64,000 bases of DNA from Chiloscyllium plagiosum (lineage: Eukaryota): contig NC_057750.1 in assembly GCF_004010195.1 (NCBI RefSeq), positions 5,544,595-5,608,594 of the forward strand. Reading direction: 5' to 3'. Numbering within the stretch: the stretch's first letter is position 1; each line of letters starts with the position of its first letter. The notes below the pieces were generated by a model, which saw only the letters and a list, made by a program, of their open reading frames with translations, had not been told where the DNA came from and searched no databases. Shown one piece after another: positions 39,346-53,242 of the stretch. A program made the translations under genes and the position numbers.

Positions 39346-39894
39346 AGCAAAGCCTGAATCTTGTCTATGGAATTTATTACTAGTGCTCCTGTTGTGGAAA
39401 TATTATCAATAACATCGACACTGGTTTATTCCCTCCCCCCAACACCCCACTCAGGGTTTAACTTCTCTTCCCCTCTCCCAGGAGTTTCAATCCTGCGAGT
39501 GCCATTGCTGCTTTCCTTTACCTTGCCCGCACTTTCACAGGGTCAGAGCTGGTCGACCACAGAGGGCATCACAGACCCTCCAGTGAGACAGGGTATGAGG
39601 AATTTGATGTCGCTCTGCTTCGCAGGAGCATCCACTTACCATTGTCCCCCATGCACCCCAGCTCACCTAGCTGTGTACAAACCAAATGGAGTTCTGTGGG
39701 ATTTTGTACCACCATGATTCATGCATTAATTCAAACTGCACCTTTCCCTCAGAACCTTGAGCTTTTCCAAACCACGTCAAGGCCCATTCACTTCCTATCC
39801 CATTTTATTGTTCCCCATTTTTAATGTTGTTGTCTTCGTTCAAAATCCCTCCCCTTCTCAGTACCGTCCACCAGGATCGCTCTATTCACAGAAT

Positions 39895-40460
39895 TCTTAC
39901 AGTACTGAGAGAGGCCATTATGGCCCATCGAGTCTGTACCAACCTTCCCACTCAGACCCACCCCATCCCTGTTACCCTGCATTAACCATGGCTAACCCAC
40001 CTAATACACAACAATTTACCATGCCCAATCCGCCCTAACCTGCACATCCCTGGGCACTGTGGGACAATTTAGCATGGCCAATCCACCCGAACCTGCACAT
40101 TCCTGAACACTATGGGACAATTTAGCATGGCCAATCCACCCAAACCTGCACATTTCTGGACACCATGGGCAATTTAGTATGGCCAATCCACCCTAACCTG
40201 CACAGCCCTGGACACCATGGGGCAATTTAGTATGGCCAATCCACCCTAACCTGCACAATCCTGGACACCATGGGGCAATTTACCACGGCCAATCCACCCT
40301 AACCTGCACATCATTGGACTGTGGGAGGAAACCAGAGCACCCAGAGGAAACCCATGCAGACACGGGAAGAATGTGCAAACTCCACACAAACAGTTGCCCA
40401 AAGGTGGATTCGAACCCTGGTCCCTAGCGCTGAGAGGCAGTAATGCTAACCGCTGAGATA
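39895..40460 (-). mobile_element. HE1-like SINE with an internal ~53-bp tandem expansion (40025-40310)
   Basis: ccaatc anchors recur at 40025, 40078, 40131, 40183, 40236 and 40289. Confidence 0.88.
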
Positions 40461-40949
40461 GCGTACCTCCCCGCCAGTTGCAGCTTCTTGAAAATCCATG
40501 ATTTTAATTGCTGCACCATTGGCAATTGTGGCTGCCAAGGGCCTAAATTCCGGAATCTCCATCCACAAACCTCTCTGTATCTCTGTACCTGTCTCCTCCC
40601 ACACTAACCCTGTATTCCTTTGTCTATTGTGAGCCTTTTAAATCTATCTTTGACGTTGGGATATTGACGGGGTAGATTGACAATCCCAGTTCACGGGCCT
40701 GCGTACCTAACCTAGGCCTACACTCCAGTGTGATTCTGTTCGAATGCTGCCCTGACCTCTGGGTGAAAAGTCAAACTGAGATCCTGTTTGTCCCTTCCCG
40801 TGGAACTGTTCCAAACTATGGGAAACTCTCTGATGTTTTGGCCAATAATCATCCCTCAACCTACACCTTTGGGCCGATAATCATTGTAGTTAGTGGGATC
40901 TTTCTGTGCATCACTTGGCTGCTGCATTTCCTATGACGGTGGCTATGCT

Positions 40950-41645
40950 GCTATAGGAAGGATATTATTAAATCAGAGAAAAGATTTACAAGAGTGCTAC
41001 TGGGATTGGAGGATTTGATATGAGAGGCTGGATAGGCTGGGATATTTTCCATTGGAGCGCAGTAGATTTAAGTGGTGACCTTAGAGAGGTTTATAAAAAC
41101 ATGAGAGGCATGGATAAGGTGAATAGTCAAGGTCTTTTCCCCAGGGTAGGGGAATTCAAAACTACAGGGCATAATTTTAAGGTGAGAGAAGGAAGATTTA
41201 AAAGGGACCTGAGGGGTAACCTTTTCACACGGAGGGTGGTTCGTGTGTGGAATGAACTGCCAGAGGTAGTAGAAGATGCAAGTACAGTTACAACATTTAA
41301 AATACATTTGGACAGGTAACATGGGTAGAAAAGGTTTAGAGGGATATGGAGACAGTGAGGTCTGCAGATGCTGGAGATCAAAGTTGAGAGTGTGTTGCTG
41401 GGAAAGCACAGCAGGTCAGGCAGCATCCGAGGAGCAGGAAAATCAGCGTTTCTGATTAAGGGCTCCGGCCCGAAACGTCGATTTTCCTGCTCCTCGGATG
41501 CTACCTGACCTGCTGTGCTTTTCCAGCAACACACTCTCAACTTAGAGGGATATGGGCCAAACACAGTTTAGTTTGGGAAACCTGGTCAGCATGGACGAGT
41601 TGGACCAAAGGGTCTGTTTGCGTGTGGTATGACTCTGTGACTACA
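40950..41645 (+). mobile_element. CR1 3' end interrupted by a 192-bp PLE-derived hairpin (41350-41541)
   Basis: GDLREVYKNMRGMDKVNSQGLFPRVGEFKTTGHNFKVR...RVVRVWNELP; TSD ttagagggatatgg at 41336-41349 and 41542-41555. Confidence 0.88.
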
Positions 41646-44635
41646 GTTCAGAAAGTATTCATCAACAGTCAAGCATTTTGGGGATGTCAGAGGTCATGCC
41701 AGGTGTCATATAAATGCAAGTCTTCCCCTTGAGTTTCTGATATATAGTGTGTGACATAGCAACATAGGAAACAGGAACAAGAGTAGGCCGTTGGGCCCAT
41801 TGTATTTGTACTGGAGGCAGTTCAACCCCACAGCTGAGGGGGTTTGTATTATGAAGAGAGATTGAGTAGTTTAGGCCTGTACTCTTCGGAGTTTAGAAGA
41901 ATGAGAGGAGATCTAATTGAGATATAGAAGATGCTAAAGGGGATTAACAAAGTAAAAGAAGAGAGGAAGTTTCCTCGTGTTGTGTCAGTCGAGAATGAGA
42001 GCTCATAATTTTAAGATGGGGCAGTGGTTTTAAAACAGAGGTGGGGAGAAATTTTGATTTGAATTATTATTGTCACGTGTGCCTAGATACAATGAAAACT
42101 TCTGTTTTGCGTGCAATACCGGCAGATCATGCCATATAAAATGCAAAGGGTGATAGAACAGAGCAGGGAATACAGTGTTACAGCTGCAGAGAAAGTGCAC
42201 AAAGAGCAAGATCAACATTAAATGCAAAATTTGAGAGGTCCATTCAGAAGTCTGATAACGGCGGGAAAGAAGCTGTTCTCGAATCTCTTTGTGTGTGTAG
42301 ACAAACATATACCTTCTGGCTAACAGAAGAGGGTAGATCATGAATCAGTGGAATTCATTACACCAGAGTGTGATTGATGCCAGGACATTGAGTAAATTTA
42401 AGGAGGAGATCGACAAATTTTTAATGAGTAATGGGCCAGGGGAGTGGGCAGGAAAGTGCAGTTGAGACTGAGATGAGATCAGCCAGGATTGTATTGAATG
42501 CTGGAGCAGCCTACTTCTGCCCCTAGTTCTTATGATCTTGTTGATATATGCTTACGTTCACAAGCCTGTCCAGCCATACAATAAGATCGTGTCTGATGTG
42601 CCGCAGGCCTCCCGTCTGTTGTGCTAACTCCTCAAAGCCCCAGTATTTCAAAACTCTTATCCACATCCTCTTTAAATGTCTTCAATGATCTAGCCATCGC
42701 AAACTTCTGGGACAGAGAATTCCAAGATATTCATGACCCTGTGGGAGTAAACATTCCTTTTGTACCTCAGTTTGAAGTGAGTGTCCCCTTATTTGTAACT
42801 ATGTCCCCTAGTTTGAGATTCCCCAATTAATGGAAACATGTCCTCACCATCTTCCCTGTCAGCGCTCCCCTCAGAATCTTGTATCTTTCCATAATAGGGT
42901 AGCCATGTGACCTCATGAATGGCAAAACTCCCTGATGCTGTTGCTATGGCTCCCCCCATACACACCTCCAAGGGGGAGCCATAGCATGGGAGTTGGGAAG
43001 GGTTTGTTCTCAATACAGCTCCTGATGCTGTTGAGGAATCTCGGCCTGCAACAAGTCTATAGGACCTCTTCCTTGTTCTATAATCCCTCACGTTCCTTGT
43101 CATCTGTTTGTTGTTCATTGATGGGGTTTGAGATTGGGTATAGTTAAAATTCTCCACTGCACTAGCCTGGCAGGAAATGACGTGGGATCTGTACGTGCAT
43201 TGTGAGGTGAGAGCTCAGATCAGCATAGAATCTGTGTTGCTATGACAACAGATTAATTAGCCCAAGACCTTGTTACAAAACAGTCGCTCAGCTTTTATTT
43301 TCCTGTATTCTTATGAGGCATGAAGGTGTCACTGGATTTATTGCCCGTTCCTAATTGGCCTTTGAACTGGTTGGCCCTCTGGGCTATTTCAGAGGGTAGT
43401 TTAGAGTCAACCACGTCGCTGTAGGTCTAGAGTCACATGTAGGCCAGACCGAGTAAGGATGGCAGATTCCCTTCCCTAAAGAGGGACCCAGATGGATTTT
43501 TACAACAATTGACAATAGTTGCAATTGGTTTCATTTCCAGATTTTACTCAATTCAAATTCAGTTTTTACCACCCACCATGGAGAGATTCAGACCACAGCC
43601 CCCAGGACACTAGCCTGGTGCTGTAGATTACTAATCCAGTGACAATATTCACATCACAGCCCCATAAATGTTTAAATTTGCATCTTGCGTTCTGCTTACA
43701 ACCATTTTGATTTGTGTTTTATTACCGGTGGTTATGGTGTACAAGGTTATGTAACAGCACTGTTTGAATACTGAAATGTTTTTGATTATTTATTCATTGG
43801 GGTGTGTCCTGATGAAGGGCTTTTGCCTGAAACGTCAATTTCGAAGCTCCTTGGATGCTGCCTGAACTGCTGTGCTCTTCCAGCACCACTAATCCAGAAT
43901 GTGGGTGTTACCAGCTGGCCCGGTATTTACTGCCTGTTCCTAATCGCCTTGGAGAAGGTTGTAGAGAGGAACTGCAAAATTAAGCCGTTCCCTTCCACAT
44001 TCCTCCGACAAATTGACTGATTAAAGATTGTGGAGGAGCTGCTGTTGGACTGGGGTGGGTCAAGTCAGAAGTCACACAATGCCAGGTCATAATCCAACAG
44101 GTTTATTTGAAATCACAAGCTTTCAGAGCGCTCATCGTTCATCAGGTTAAGTCACCCGGTGAAGGAGCAGTGCTCCGAAAGCTTGTGATTTCAAATAAAC
44201 TTGTTGGACTATGACCTGGTGTCGTGTGACTTCTGATTAAAGATGTTTCCATGAGGATACGTCAAGGGCTGTTTTATAATCTCCGACGTAAAGGTGCCAG
44301 GCTCCTGTGTAAAATCTAATGCAACCCTGCACAAAAACCACAAATCAGAGCAATTGTAAACAGAGTGTTAAAAGCTGGGTATTTGTCAAGAGCTAGAACT
44401 CAGTGCATTGGGACAAGGAAGTGTTGCCTTTGCTTTCAGAACGTGTAGTAGCTTGTGTAAGATTGGGAAAGTCTATATAATTTCAAACAAAAAGCTAATA
44501 AGTCTTTATATTTAGAAACATTGGATGCGCAGGATTAGCTCCAGTTGTTCAAAGTCCTGGTTGGACCACACCTGGAGTTACTGTCACAGCTCTGTGCCTC
44601 ACACCTTAGGACAGCAGGGAGCGCAACAGACATTT

Positions 44636-45219
44636 AGCAGGAAGGCACAACAATGTGTCTTCTTCCTCCGGCAGCTTGAGAAATTCAGCATGTCCATGAG
44701 GACCCTCACCAACTTCTACAGCTGCACCATAGGAAGCATTCTATCCAGGTGCATAATGGTCTGGAGCGGCTACTGCTCCGCCCAGGATGGTAAGAAATCA
44801 CGGAAAGTTGCGTACGTAGCCCAGGCCATTACGAAGCCAACCTCCCATCCAGTTACACTTCTCAGTGCTGCAGAAAGGCTGCAAATGTCATCCAAAATCC
44901 TTCCCACCCCAATAATGCTACCTCTTCTGTCAGGCAGAAAATACATAAGCCTGAACACACGCACCAGCAAGTTCTAGGACAGCTTCTTCCCTGCCATTAA
45001 TTAACTGATGAATGGATATCTCTAATTCCAAATAATGTTGATCTTGCTTTGCGCACCTCCTGTTCAGTTGTAATCATGTACACCTCGATCTGTCTAAGCA
45101 CCTTATGATCTGTATGTCCTTGTGTACTACAATCTGCCTTTCCTGCTTGCAAAACAAAGCTTTTCACTGTACTTAGGTACATGCGACTACAATAAACCAA
45201 ATCAAAAAAATCAAATCAA
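44636..45219 (+). mobile_element. Rex1/Babar LINE 3' end
   Basis: RKAQQCVFFLRQLEKFSMSMRTLTNFYSCTIGSILSRCIMVW...; 3' tail ending in (aaatc)n. Confidence 0.85.
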
Positions 45220-46125
45220 GGATGGGAAGTACTCTTCAAAGGTGTTGAGGTGAGATTTTACAAACTGTGACTGAATTCACTGGAATTTAGAAGATTGGCA
45301 GGTGATTTGACGAAAGGGGTTGACAAAGAGAAATAATTTCTGTTATTTGTTTGGGTGGCTCCAGGACGTGGGGAGAGCAGTCTTCATTGAATAGTGGAAT
45401 GGACTTAGAGTCGTAGCGATGTACAACATGGAAATAGACCCTTTGGTCCAACTCGCCCATGCGACCAAATATCCTGATCTAATCTAGTCCCATTTGCCAG
45501 CACCTGGCCCATATCCCTTTAAAGTCTTCCTATTCGTATACTTATTCAGATGCATTCCATTGGGCTGAATGGCTTGCTTCTGCTACTATGGGTCAGATCC
45601 AGAAAATTTCACAAGGGAAGTTAGGAAACATTTCTCACAGTAGAGATCTGGAACTCTCTTCTACAACTGATCAGTTATTATTTTTAAAACCAAAGGTTTG
45701 GCAGGATATTGACAATATCTGGTAAATGGAGGTCAATTAGAGCTCAGCCATAATCTTGTGGAATTGTGGGCTGAATGGCTTCCAGCTATACCCAACTGCA
45801 CTATTGTGACATGTTATAACCAAATGGAGAGCTGTTTGTGATGATTTGTCCTTGTTATGTCAGACATGTCACAGTGGGTAATGTTTCTCATGACGATGTA
45901 ATTAATGGCATGCAGAGGTGGGGGGGGAGGGAACGACACTGATTGAGTCACTCCTTCAGAGCATGACGTGAGTTTAATCTGGAAATAATGTGTGATTGCC
46001 ATCAGTTTTATTGCCTACGTTGCACCTAATAAAGCCTTAAAAATTGACAGCTTCAGAGAGGTTTGATAGCCAGATAAAGCATTTGCAGCAAGTACTGATC
46101 CAAACCAGCCAGACCTTGGGAACCA

Positions 46126-47190
46126 TGATTTGGAGGGGCCGGTGTTGGACTGGGGTGGCCAAAGTTAAAAGTCACACACAACACCAGGTTATAGTCGGTC
46201 AAATTTATTTGGAAGCACTAGCTTTCAAAGTGCTGCTTCTTCATCAGGTGGTTGTGAAACCGGACCATAAGACACAGAAGTTATAGCAAAAGATTACAAT
46301 GTCATGCAGCTGAAATGATATATTGAACAAGCCTAGATTAAGTCTTCCATCTTTTAGAATGGGTTTGCTAGTTTTGGTTCTTTAATATATAAGTCCAGAA
46401 CTTCTTTTAAGTCATATTCTCAAGCTAACATAAGGTTTTATAACAAAAGGTGCCATCTCAGCTCAGACAATGCATTTAAGGTGTGAGGTTAGAGTCTGTC
46501 TGTATACCAATCTTGAGTCAGACTGGTTCTATTTCCAAAGTAGGAATTTATTAAATATTACATGGATTGACTACCTGCAGGATGTATGCTTTTTGAGCAA
46601 AATAGAAAGTATCTGCATATATAATTTTGCAAATATAAACTCACCCCCTAAACTTATATGTGTATGTGCGGGCATACACTCACTCTGTCTCTTTCCCCTG
46701 CACACACACAGACAGAAGTTTATGGGGTGAGTTTATATTTGCACAATTATATTTGCAGATACCTTCTATTTTGTTAAAAAAATGCATAACCTACAGGCAG
46801 TCAATCCTTGTAATATTTTATAAATTCCTATTTTGGAAATAGAACCTGTCTGCCTTAAGATTGGGATACAGACAGACTCTAACTTCACACCTTAAATGTA
46901 TTCTCTGAGCTGTGATAAAACCTTAAGTTATCTTGAGAATGTGACTTCAAAGAAGTTCTGAACTTACATATTAAAGAACCGAAACTAGCAAACCCATTCT
47001 AAAAGGTGGAAGACTTCATCTAGGTTTGTTCAACATATCATTTCAGCTGCATAACACTGTAATCTTTTGCTATAACTTCTGTGCCTAATGGTCCTGTTTC
47101 ACAACCAACTGATGAAGGAGCAGCGTTTCGAAAGCTAGTGCTTCCAAATAAACCTGTTGCACCATAACCTGATGTTGTGTGATTTTTAAC
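46126..47190. mobile_element. ~1.06-kb non-autonomous PLE with long inverted terminal arms
   Basis: About 46170-46500 is largely the reverse complement of about 46870-47190; hammerhead at 47106-47140; flanks ccttgggaaccat / acttgggaaatcat resemble a decayed TSD. Confidence 0.75.
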
Positions 47191-50100
47191 AACTTGGGAA
47201 ATCATTTCTCACCCAGGTTCTGTGGCATGACCATCTCACGGCCTGGCGTAGTGGCCTTCCGGCATGGCGTCCTCTTAGCCTGACATGGTGGTCTGAAGTG
47301 ATCTCCCAGCCTCTCAGTCCTCAAGGTGGAGCCTGGCACAGTCTGGAGCCAGAGCCTGATGAGGACTGAAAGCTAGGTGCCAGCGTGGTCTGTTGATTTG
47401 AACTTTCATTTTTGCTACCCTAGAAATTTTATTTCTCTATTGTCTAGGATCTTGTAACTAACGAAGCTGTGCCTGGGTACCTTTGTATCTAAAATGGTGC
47501 TGTAAGTAGCGATATATAAATTTTTCACTAGACTCATGTGACAATAAAGCCAATTCAATTCAGTTTGATCTCAGCCAGTGCTGCAGTAGTTCCTCCTTCA
47601 AACAGCTGCACTTCAATCAGGACCCATCTCCATCTCAAGAACACCAACCATGCAAACAGCACCTTCTTAAAAAGTAGTGACAGCTCACAGGAGCATCACT
47701 GGCTAACCGTAGCAAACTCGATTTCTGAGTAAACTCCTCTCAGGCTCCCTCAAGAGAGAGGGGACTCTTAGTGGGAAGGGTATTGAGGGAGGCTGGTGTT
47801 GGGAATCCAGAACAGTGATCCACAATCCCAGACCGAGTCGTCAGACCAAGATGAGGAGAAATGTCCTCGCTCAGAGTTGAGTATCTTTAGTTTTCTCTAC
47901 CAGAGAGAAAGAGAGAGAGAGAGCTGTGGGTGCTCTGTCATTGAATGCAAAGATCAGTTGATTGCTTTGGGGTTCAAAGAGAATGAAGGGACATGGGTAA
48001 GAAGGGTGAAGGATCAGCTATGAGTTTATTGAATGGTGGAGCAGGCTGGAAGGGACAAAATGCTTTTCTTCAGCTCCCATCCCTCAATAGGACCCACACA
48101 TGGCCTCTGTTTGTTGGTGAAGATCATGAATTCTTGGTTCGCTGAGCAGGCTGGCTTTCAGTCACACAGCTTCCCGCACTTGCCACTTCCCCTCACCACC
48201 CTCCCACGACATCCAATGACAGTACAGTGCCTGGAGTGTGACATGCACATGTGGCATTGGGGTGTAAAATGAGATAAACAGACACAATCACTTTTTAATC
48301 AATATTTAATGTTCACATTCTTGCTCCAAGCAGCCAAGGGGAATTAACTAACACCTGTTTTACCACTGGAATTACAGTTCGGAAACTCCCGATTGTAGTT
48401 AAGTTAATTATTTATTTACATTACATACACCATATACACAGAATTTCACCTTCATTATCCAGGCTCACTGCAGCATCGGTTACACCAACTTGCAATTTAT
48501 CTCAACTCTTGCAGAAATCCTTTTCTCCCTCCCTCCCTTCCACGGACCTTTCAAACCAACAAGTCAAGCTCCATTTGTCAGCTGGAACTGTATAGACTGG
48601 GAAAACCCCAGGATCAATTTATAGGAACATAGGAAACAGGAGCAGGAGTAAGCCATGCAACACCTCAAGCCTGCTCAGCGTTTCAATATATTCGGGGCTA
48701 GTCTTCAACCTCAACAGCATTTCCCCGCATTACTCCCACATCCCTTGCTGCCTTTAAGATCAAGAAATCCATCGATTTCCATCTGGGAAATGCTCAAAAA
48801 GACTGAACACCCACAGTTCTCCAAATATTCACCACCCTCTGAGCAAAGATAATCCTCCTGTCAGTGCTAAGTGGGCTACACCCCCCTCCCCCATTCTTGC
48901 ATTAAAATAAAACAGATTATTTTTGTCCTCTCTTTACCAGACATGAAAACGGTGAAATTAAAAGATGGTTTGGCTCACAGTTCATTGGATAGGGTGAGTC
49001 TTTTCTTTTGCTATTTCATTGGCTCAATGTATCATAAAGACTGTTGTACTGGCTGATTAAAGATTTGAGCGTTTGGACAAGTTGGGTTGGGGTGGGGGGG
49101 GGGGGGGGGGGAGAGCATAAGTGACATGATACATTTAATTGCACTTGGCAAGTCTACACTGCCCCAGCTTCTGTTGAAAATCCCCTGGACTCTCCACAAG
49201 AACGAAACTCTCACTGGACATCTTTCCACAAGCATTGATCAGTCTTTGTTTCAATAAAGTAGCATTCCGTTCAATTCAAAACCATAACCTCAGCATTTTT
49301 CTATGACCACACTTGAGTCTGAAGCAACAGAGTCAATCTATCCTTTGTGGAATATTTATCATCTTTATCTGTAGATCACTGTAATCAACCGCACTGACAT
49401 AACACCCTTCTGGGGCCAGTGGGACTTGAACACCCAGGTCTCCTGATTCAGAGGCAGGAACACTACCACTGTGCCACATGACTCCTCTGTTTTTATGTAC
49501 AAATCCCATAAAAGTCACTTTGTCTAAACGGCTAATTCCACCTCAAAAAACCAAAAGAATTGCGGGTGCTGTAAATCAAACAAAAACAGAAATTGCTGGA
49601 AAAGTTCAGCAGGTCTGGCAGCATCAGAGAGAAATCAGAGTTAACGTTTCAGGTCCTGTTCGAAGGCAGTGTCACCGGAGCCAAAACGTTAACTTTAATT
49701 ACACCTCGTTCCTCAACCGTGATTCGTTTCTCATCTATTGCACTGATAAAGGTCAGTCACCTGTCAGTGAGTCGACCTCATCGGTGAGTAGAACTGAGTC
49801 AGCATAGAATTCTTTCATGGGACATGGGCGTCACTGGCAAGACCACAATTAGCTCCCAGTCCTCGACTGACCTTAAACTGAGTGGCTTGCCAGGCCATTT
49901 CAGAGAGAAGTTCAGAGTCACATGTAAGGCAGGCTGGGTAAAGATTTCCTTCCCTAAAGCGCATGGAGGGAAGCATAGAGTCACAGAGATGTACAGCATG
50001 GAAACAGACCCTTTGGTCCACCCCGTCCATGCCGACCAGATATCCCAACCCAATCTAGTCCCACCTGCCAGCACCCGGCCCATATCCCTCCAAACCCTTC

Positions 50101-51636
50101 CCTTTTTTTTTCACAACAATTAATGGGATTTGACGTCGTAACCCCAGAGTAGGAGCCGAAATGTTTAAGCCAGTAACAGTCACCACTGTGCCCACCACCC
50201 CCCTAAAGAGGAAGGGGTGTAGAAGTAGACATTGATACTGGACAAAGAGTTACCTGCCACCCGGTAACCAATGGAAATCTTACATAAACCCATTTAAGGC
50301 AAAGCGAGGATCAAGAAAGCCAGAGAACAGATCCATTGATGGCTTGTGTCTGTATTGGACACTTTCTTCACTTTTCCCTCGCTGTGTTTTATTTAAATTG
50401 TGCCGTTACCGTAATAAAATGACCTACATAGGAGGGCAAAGCATAATTAGACAGCAAGTCACAGAAATATTGGGGCAAATGACCAAATAGTATGGTTATA
50501 GAGGAGAGAGAGGTAGAGGCAGAGGCAGAGAGACAACTCCAGAGTTTAGAGCCCAGATCTCTAAAGGTGTGGGCGCCGGGGCGGGGGAGGGATTAAATCA
50601 GGGATGTTCCAGAGGCTAAAACAGGAGTGCGGAAAACTCGAAGCTGGAGGAGAAGTCACGGTGGTGGGGGACAAGGGCACAGAGGGATTGGAAAACTAAT
50701 GACAAGGATTTTAAAATCCAGGCACCATGTGACCCAAGAGCTAGCCCATGTGACCCATCAGCAGTGGACAGAATGAACAGAACTTGGTGCAAGTAACAAT
50801 ACCACCCAAGAGCTTTGGACAAGCCGAGGGTTCAGAGTTCATGCAAGCTGATCTGAGAGAGGGGATTAGAATTTGGAACAAAATATAAAACGAAGTTGAG
50901 AGAAAGATGGTTTGAGGAGGTAAGTGTTTGAAAAGCCTGCATCTGCTCCTTTGAACAGATTGGAAAGGATGGAAAAGTTGGCCAGTCCAAGACGTCAATA
51001 AGCAGCCTTTGCCGCCTTCCGGAACTTTCCACCTACAAACAGGGCACTGCTGGCTCTCTGTTTCACAAATCACAGACAAAGCCACTCAGCGCCATAGGAA
51101 ATGCTAGAGTCTTTCAATCTGTCAGGAAAAGTTGTGAACAGACATGGGGACAATCCTTGAGACCACACAATCAGCTGGAAATAACAATCCTTAAAATGTA
51201 GACAGAGACATTCTTTTTAAAAAAAAGTTCAATAAGTACTTCACAGATAATAGGTGCATTTTCAGTTTCTCAACTTTCATTATAAAAATAAGAATGGTAT
51301 TTGTTTTACTAAAAATTAACAAGTGAATAACAAGATCCCAAAGCCTGGATCCAAAATTCCACTGTCAGTGAACAAAAGGGCACTTTAAAGGGCATCTTAA
51401 GTATCAAAACATCTTCACAATCTACATTCTTTTAATCTGCTCACAATTCACAATCTCCTCGTTTGTGAAAGGATTGTGGAAAGGTATGCAGGAGGGGAAG
51501 TGCTATGCCAGCCTTGTGCCCAATAGTCTGGCACCATCTCCTCCCCTTCCCCAGAGAAGTGGGGCTTGCACTGCCCGCTGTTGTCCCTGGAATGTCAAGT
51601 CTCTGCCTTCCCACTTCCTCACCAATACAGTGGGCT

Positions 51637-51945
51637 GCTCAGTGGTTAGCACTGCTGCCTCACAGTGCCAGGGACCCGGGTTCGATTCCAAGCCTGGGCG
51701 ACTGTCTGTGGGGAGTTTGCACTGTGTCAGTGTGGGTCTGCTTTGGTTTGTTCCCACAGCCCAAAGATATGCAGGTTAGGTGGGCAGGCCATGCTAAATT
51801 GCCCTGCAGTGTCCAGGGATGTGTAGGCTAGGTGAGTTTGCCGTGGGAATTGCAGGTTTAGGACAGAGGAATGCCTCTGGATGGGATGCTGTTTGGACGG
51901 TCACTGTGAACTCGATGGCTGCTTCCACACTGGAGGGATACTATG
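51637..51945 (+). mobile_element. HE1-like SINE downstream of the Rel-like stop codon (possibly in the 3' UTR, antisense)
   Basis: A/B-box head and tail. Confidence 0.8.
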
Positions 51946-52516
51946 ATTCATCAATCTTTGATTGAAAGTCACATCAATGCAGAGATTACCAGGAGTTAAG
52001 AGGGCCGATTGCAAGGATAGCATCCTTGAGAGACTGTCCTCCCTTCACCTCATCCTTGCCTTTTTAATTGGCTTCCATGTGTACACATAATGCACAGTAA
52101 GGGATGGGGAGGCTTTTCAGGAGGGAACAGTGTTTGTGGGTTAACAGAATTTAAGGAAGTGAGGAGCCATAAGTTGTTTTTGTCCCCTCCTCACATGTTT
52201 GGCATGGAGTCAGTCCCACCATCGCCCTGGAGAAGGTCCACAGGACGGGGGCTCAGTAGTCGGCAGGACTTGGAAAGTAGTCATGGCCATTAACGGGCGA
52301 GACTGGGAAAGGGTGGAGGGGAAGTCAACTGAAGACACAGGCGTACGTCAAGTTGGGGTGGGAGGCTGTGTAGGGCAGTGGAGTGCGCTGTCCTCTCAAC
52401 CCACCCCTTCCTGATGACAACAGCCCTCCTACATACACCATCCCCCTCCCCACCGCCACCCGCCCCCTCACCCACCACCCCCCGGTATTCTGACCCAACA
52501 GTGAGCGAATCAGCAC

Positions 52517-52971
52517 TCAGCCTTTGGATCCTGGCTGCTCATTGGGCATGGCAATACTGCTGCCCAAGATGGTGGACAGTTCCTCACTGCCATTGGCAAA
52601 ATCCATGTTCAGCATGTAATTGTCGAGGTCCCCGTCTGCTGGAGCCATGGGGAGGTCTTCAACAGGTGGCAAGACGTTGTAATTCGTGTCAAAGGTGGCA
52701 CCCACGCCCTCGGGTTCCCGGCACTTCCGCAGCTCCTCCAATTGGCTGTAAAATCCATAATTAGTCGTGTCCAAAGGCTCGTCTTTCATGTAACATTGAC
52801 TGTATGGGTCATCCTGCAAATCTTCCAGGGAATTGTCAGTGTAGGGCACAGCAGTCGCATAATCTTCCTGGGTGTAGCAGTTCCAGGGTTTGGTCACCGG
52901 ATTCAAATAGAGCTGATCCTCCTCATGTTGAAAATTATAACCAACGTCCATGTTAGCCGGGAATTGGAAAT
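52517..52971 (-). CDS. Rel-family gene, terminal exon: acidic/aromatic transactivation-domain-like tail
   Basis: ttttcctcacgacag| (D)FQFPANMDVGYNFQHEEDQLYLN...DLDNYMLNMDFANGSEELSTILGSSIAMPNEQPGSKG*; phase 1 joins the upstream exons; non-repeat ORF rich in D/E/Y/P; no ankyrin repeats, so Rel subfamily rather than p105/p100. Confidence 0.85.
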
Positions 52972-53242
52972 CTGTCGTGAGGAAAATCAGTCAAATCACA
53001 GAACTCCTCAATTATTACAGTGCAAAAAGAGGCCAATTAGCCCATCATACCTGCACTGGCTCTTTCCCCTAGTGCCAACATTCTGTCTTTTCCTGCACGC
53101 CATTTCTATCCAAAAAACCACCCAATACCCTCCTGACTTGAACCTGCCTCCCCCACATTTCCAAGCAGTGCAGTCCAGACCCTAATTACTCACTGAGTGA
53201 AAAAAGTTCCTCACATCACCCTTGCTTCTTTTGCACATCATT

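Noticed and set aside
48290..51440. Poly(A) site of the Rel-like gene
   Set aside because: Several minus-strand candidates (about 51431, 50388, 48294-48415) and none can be chosen from sequence alone.
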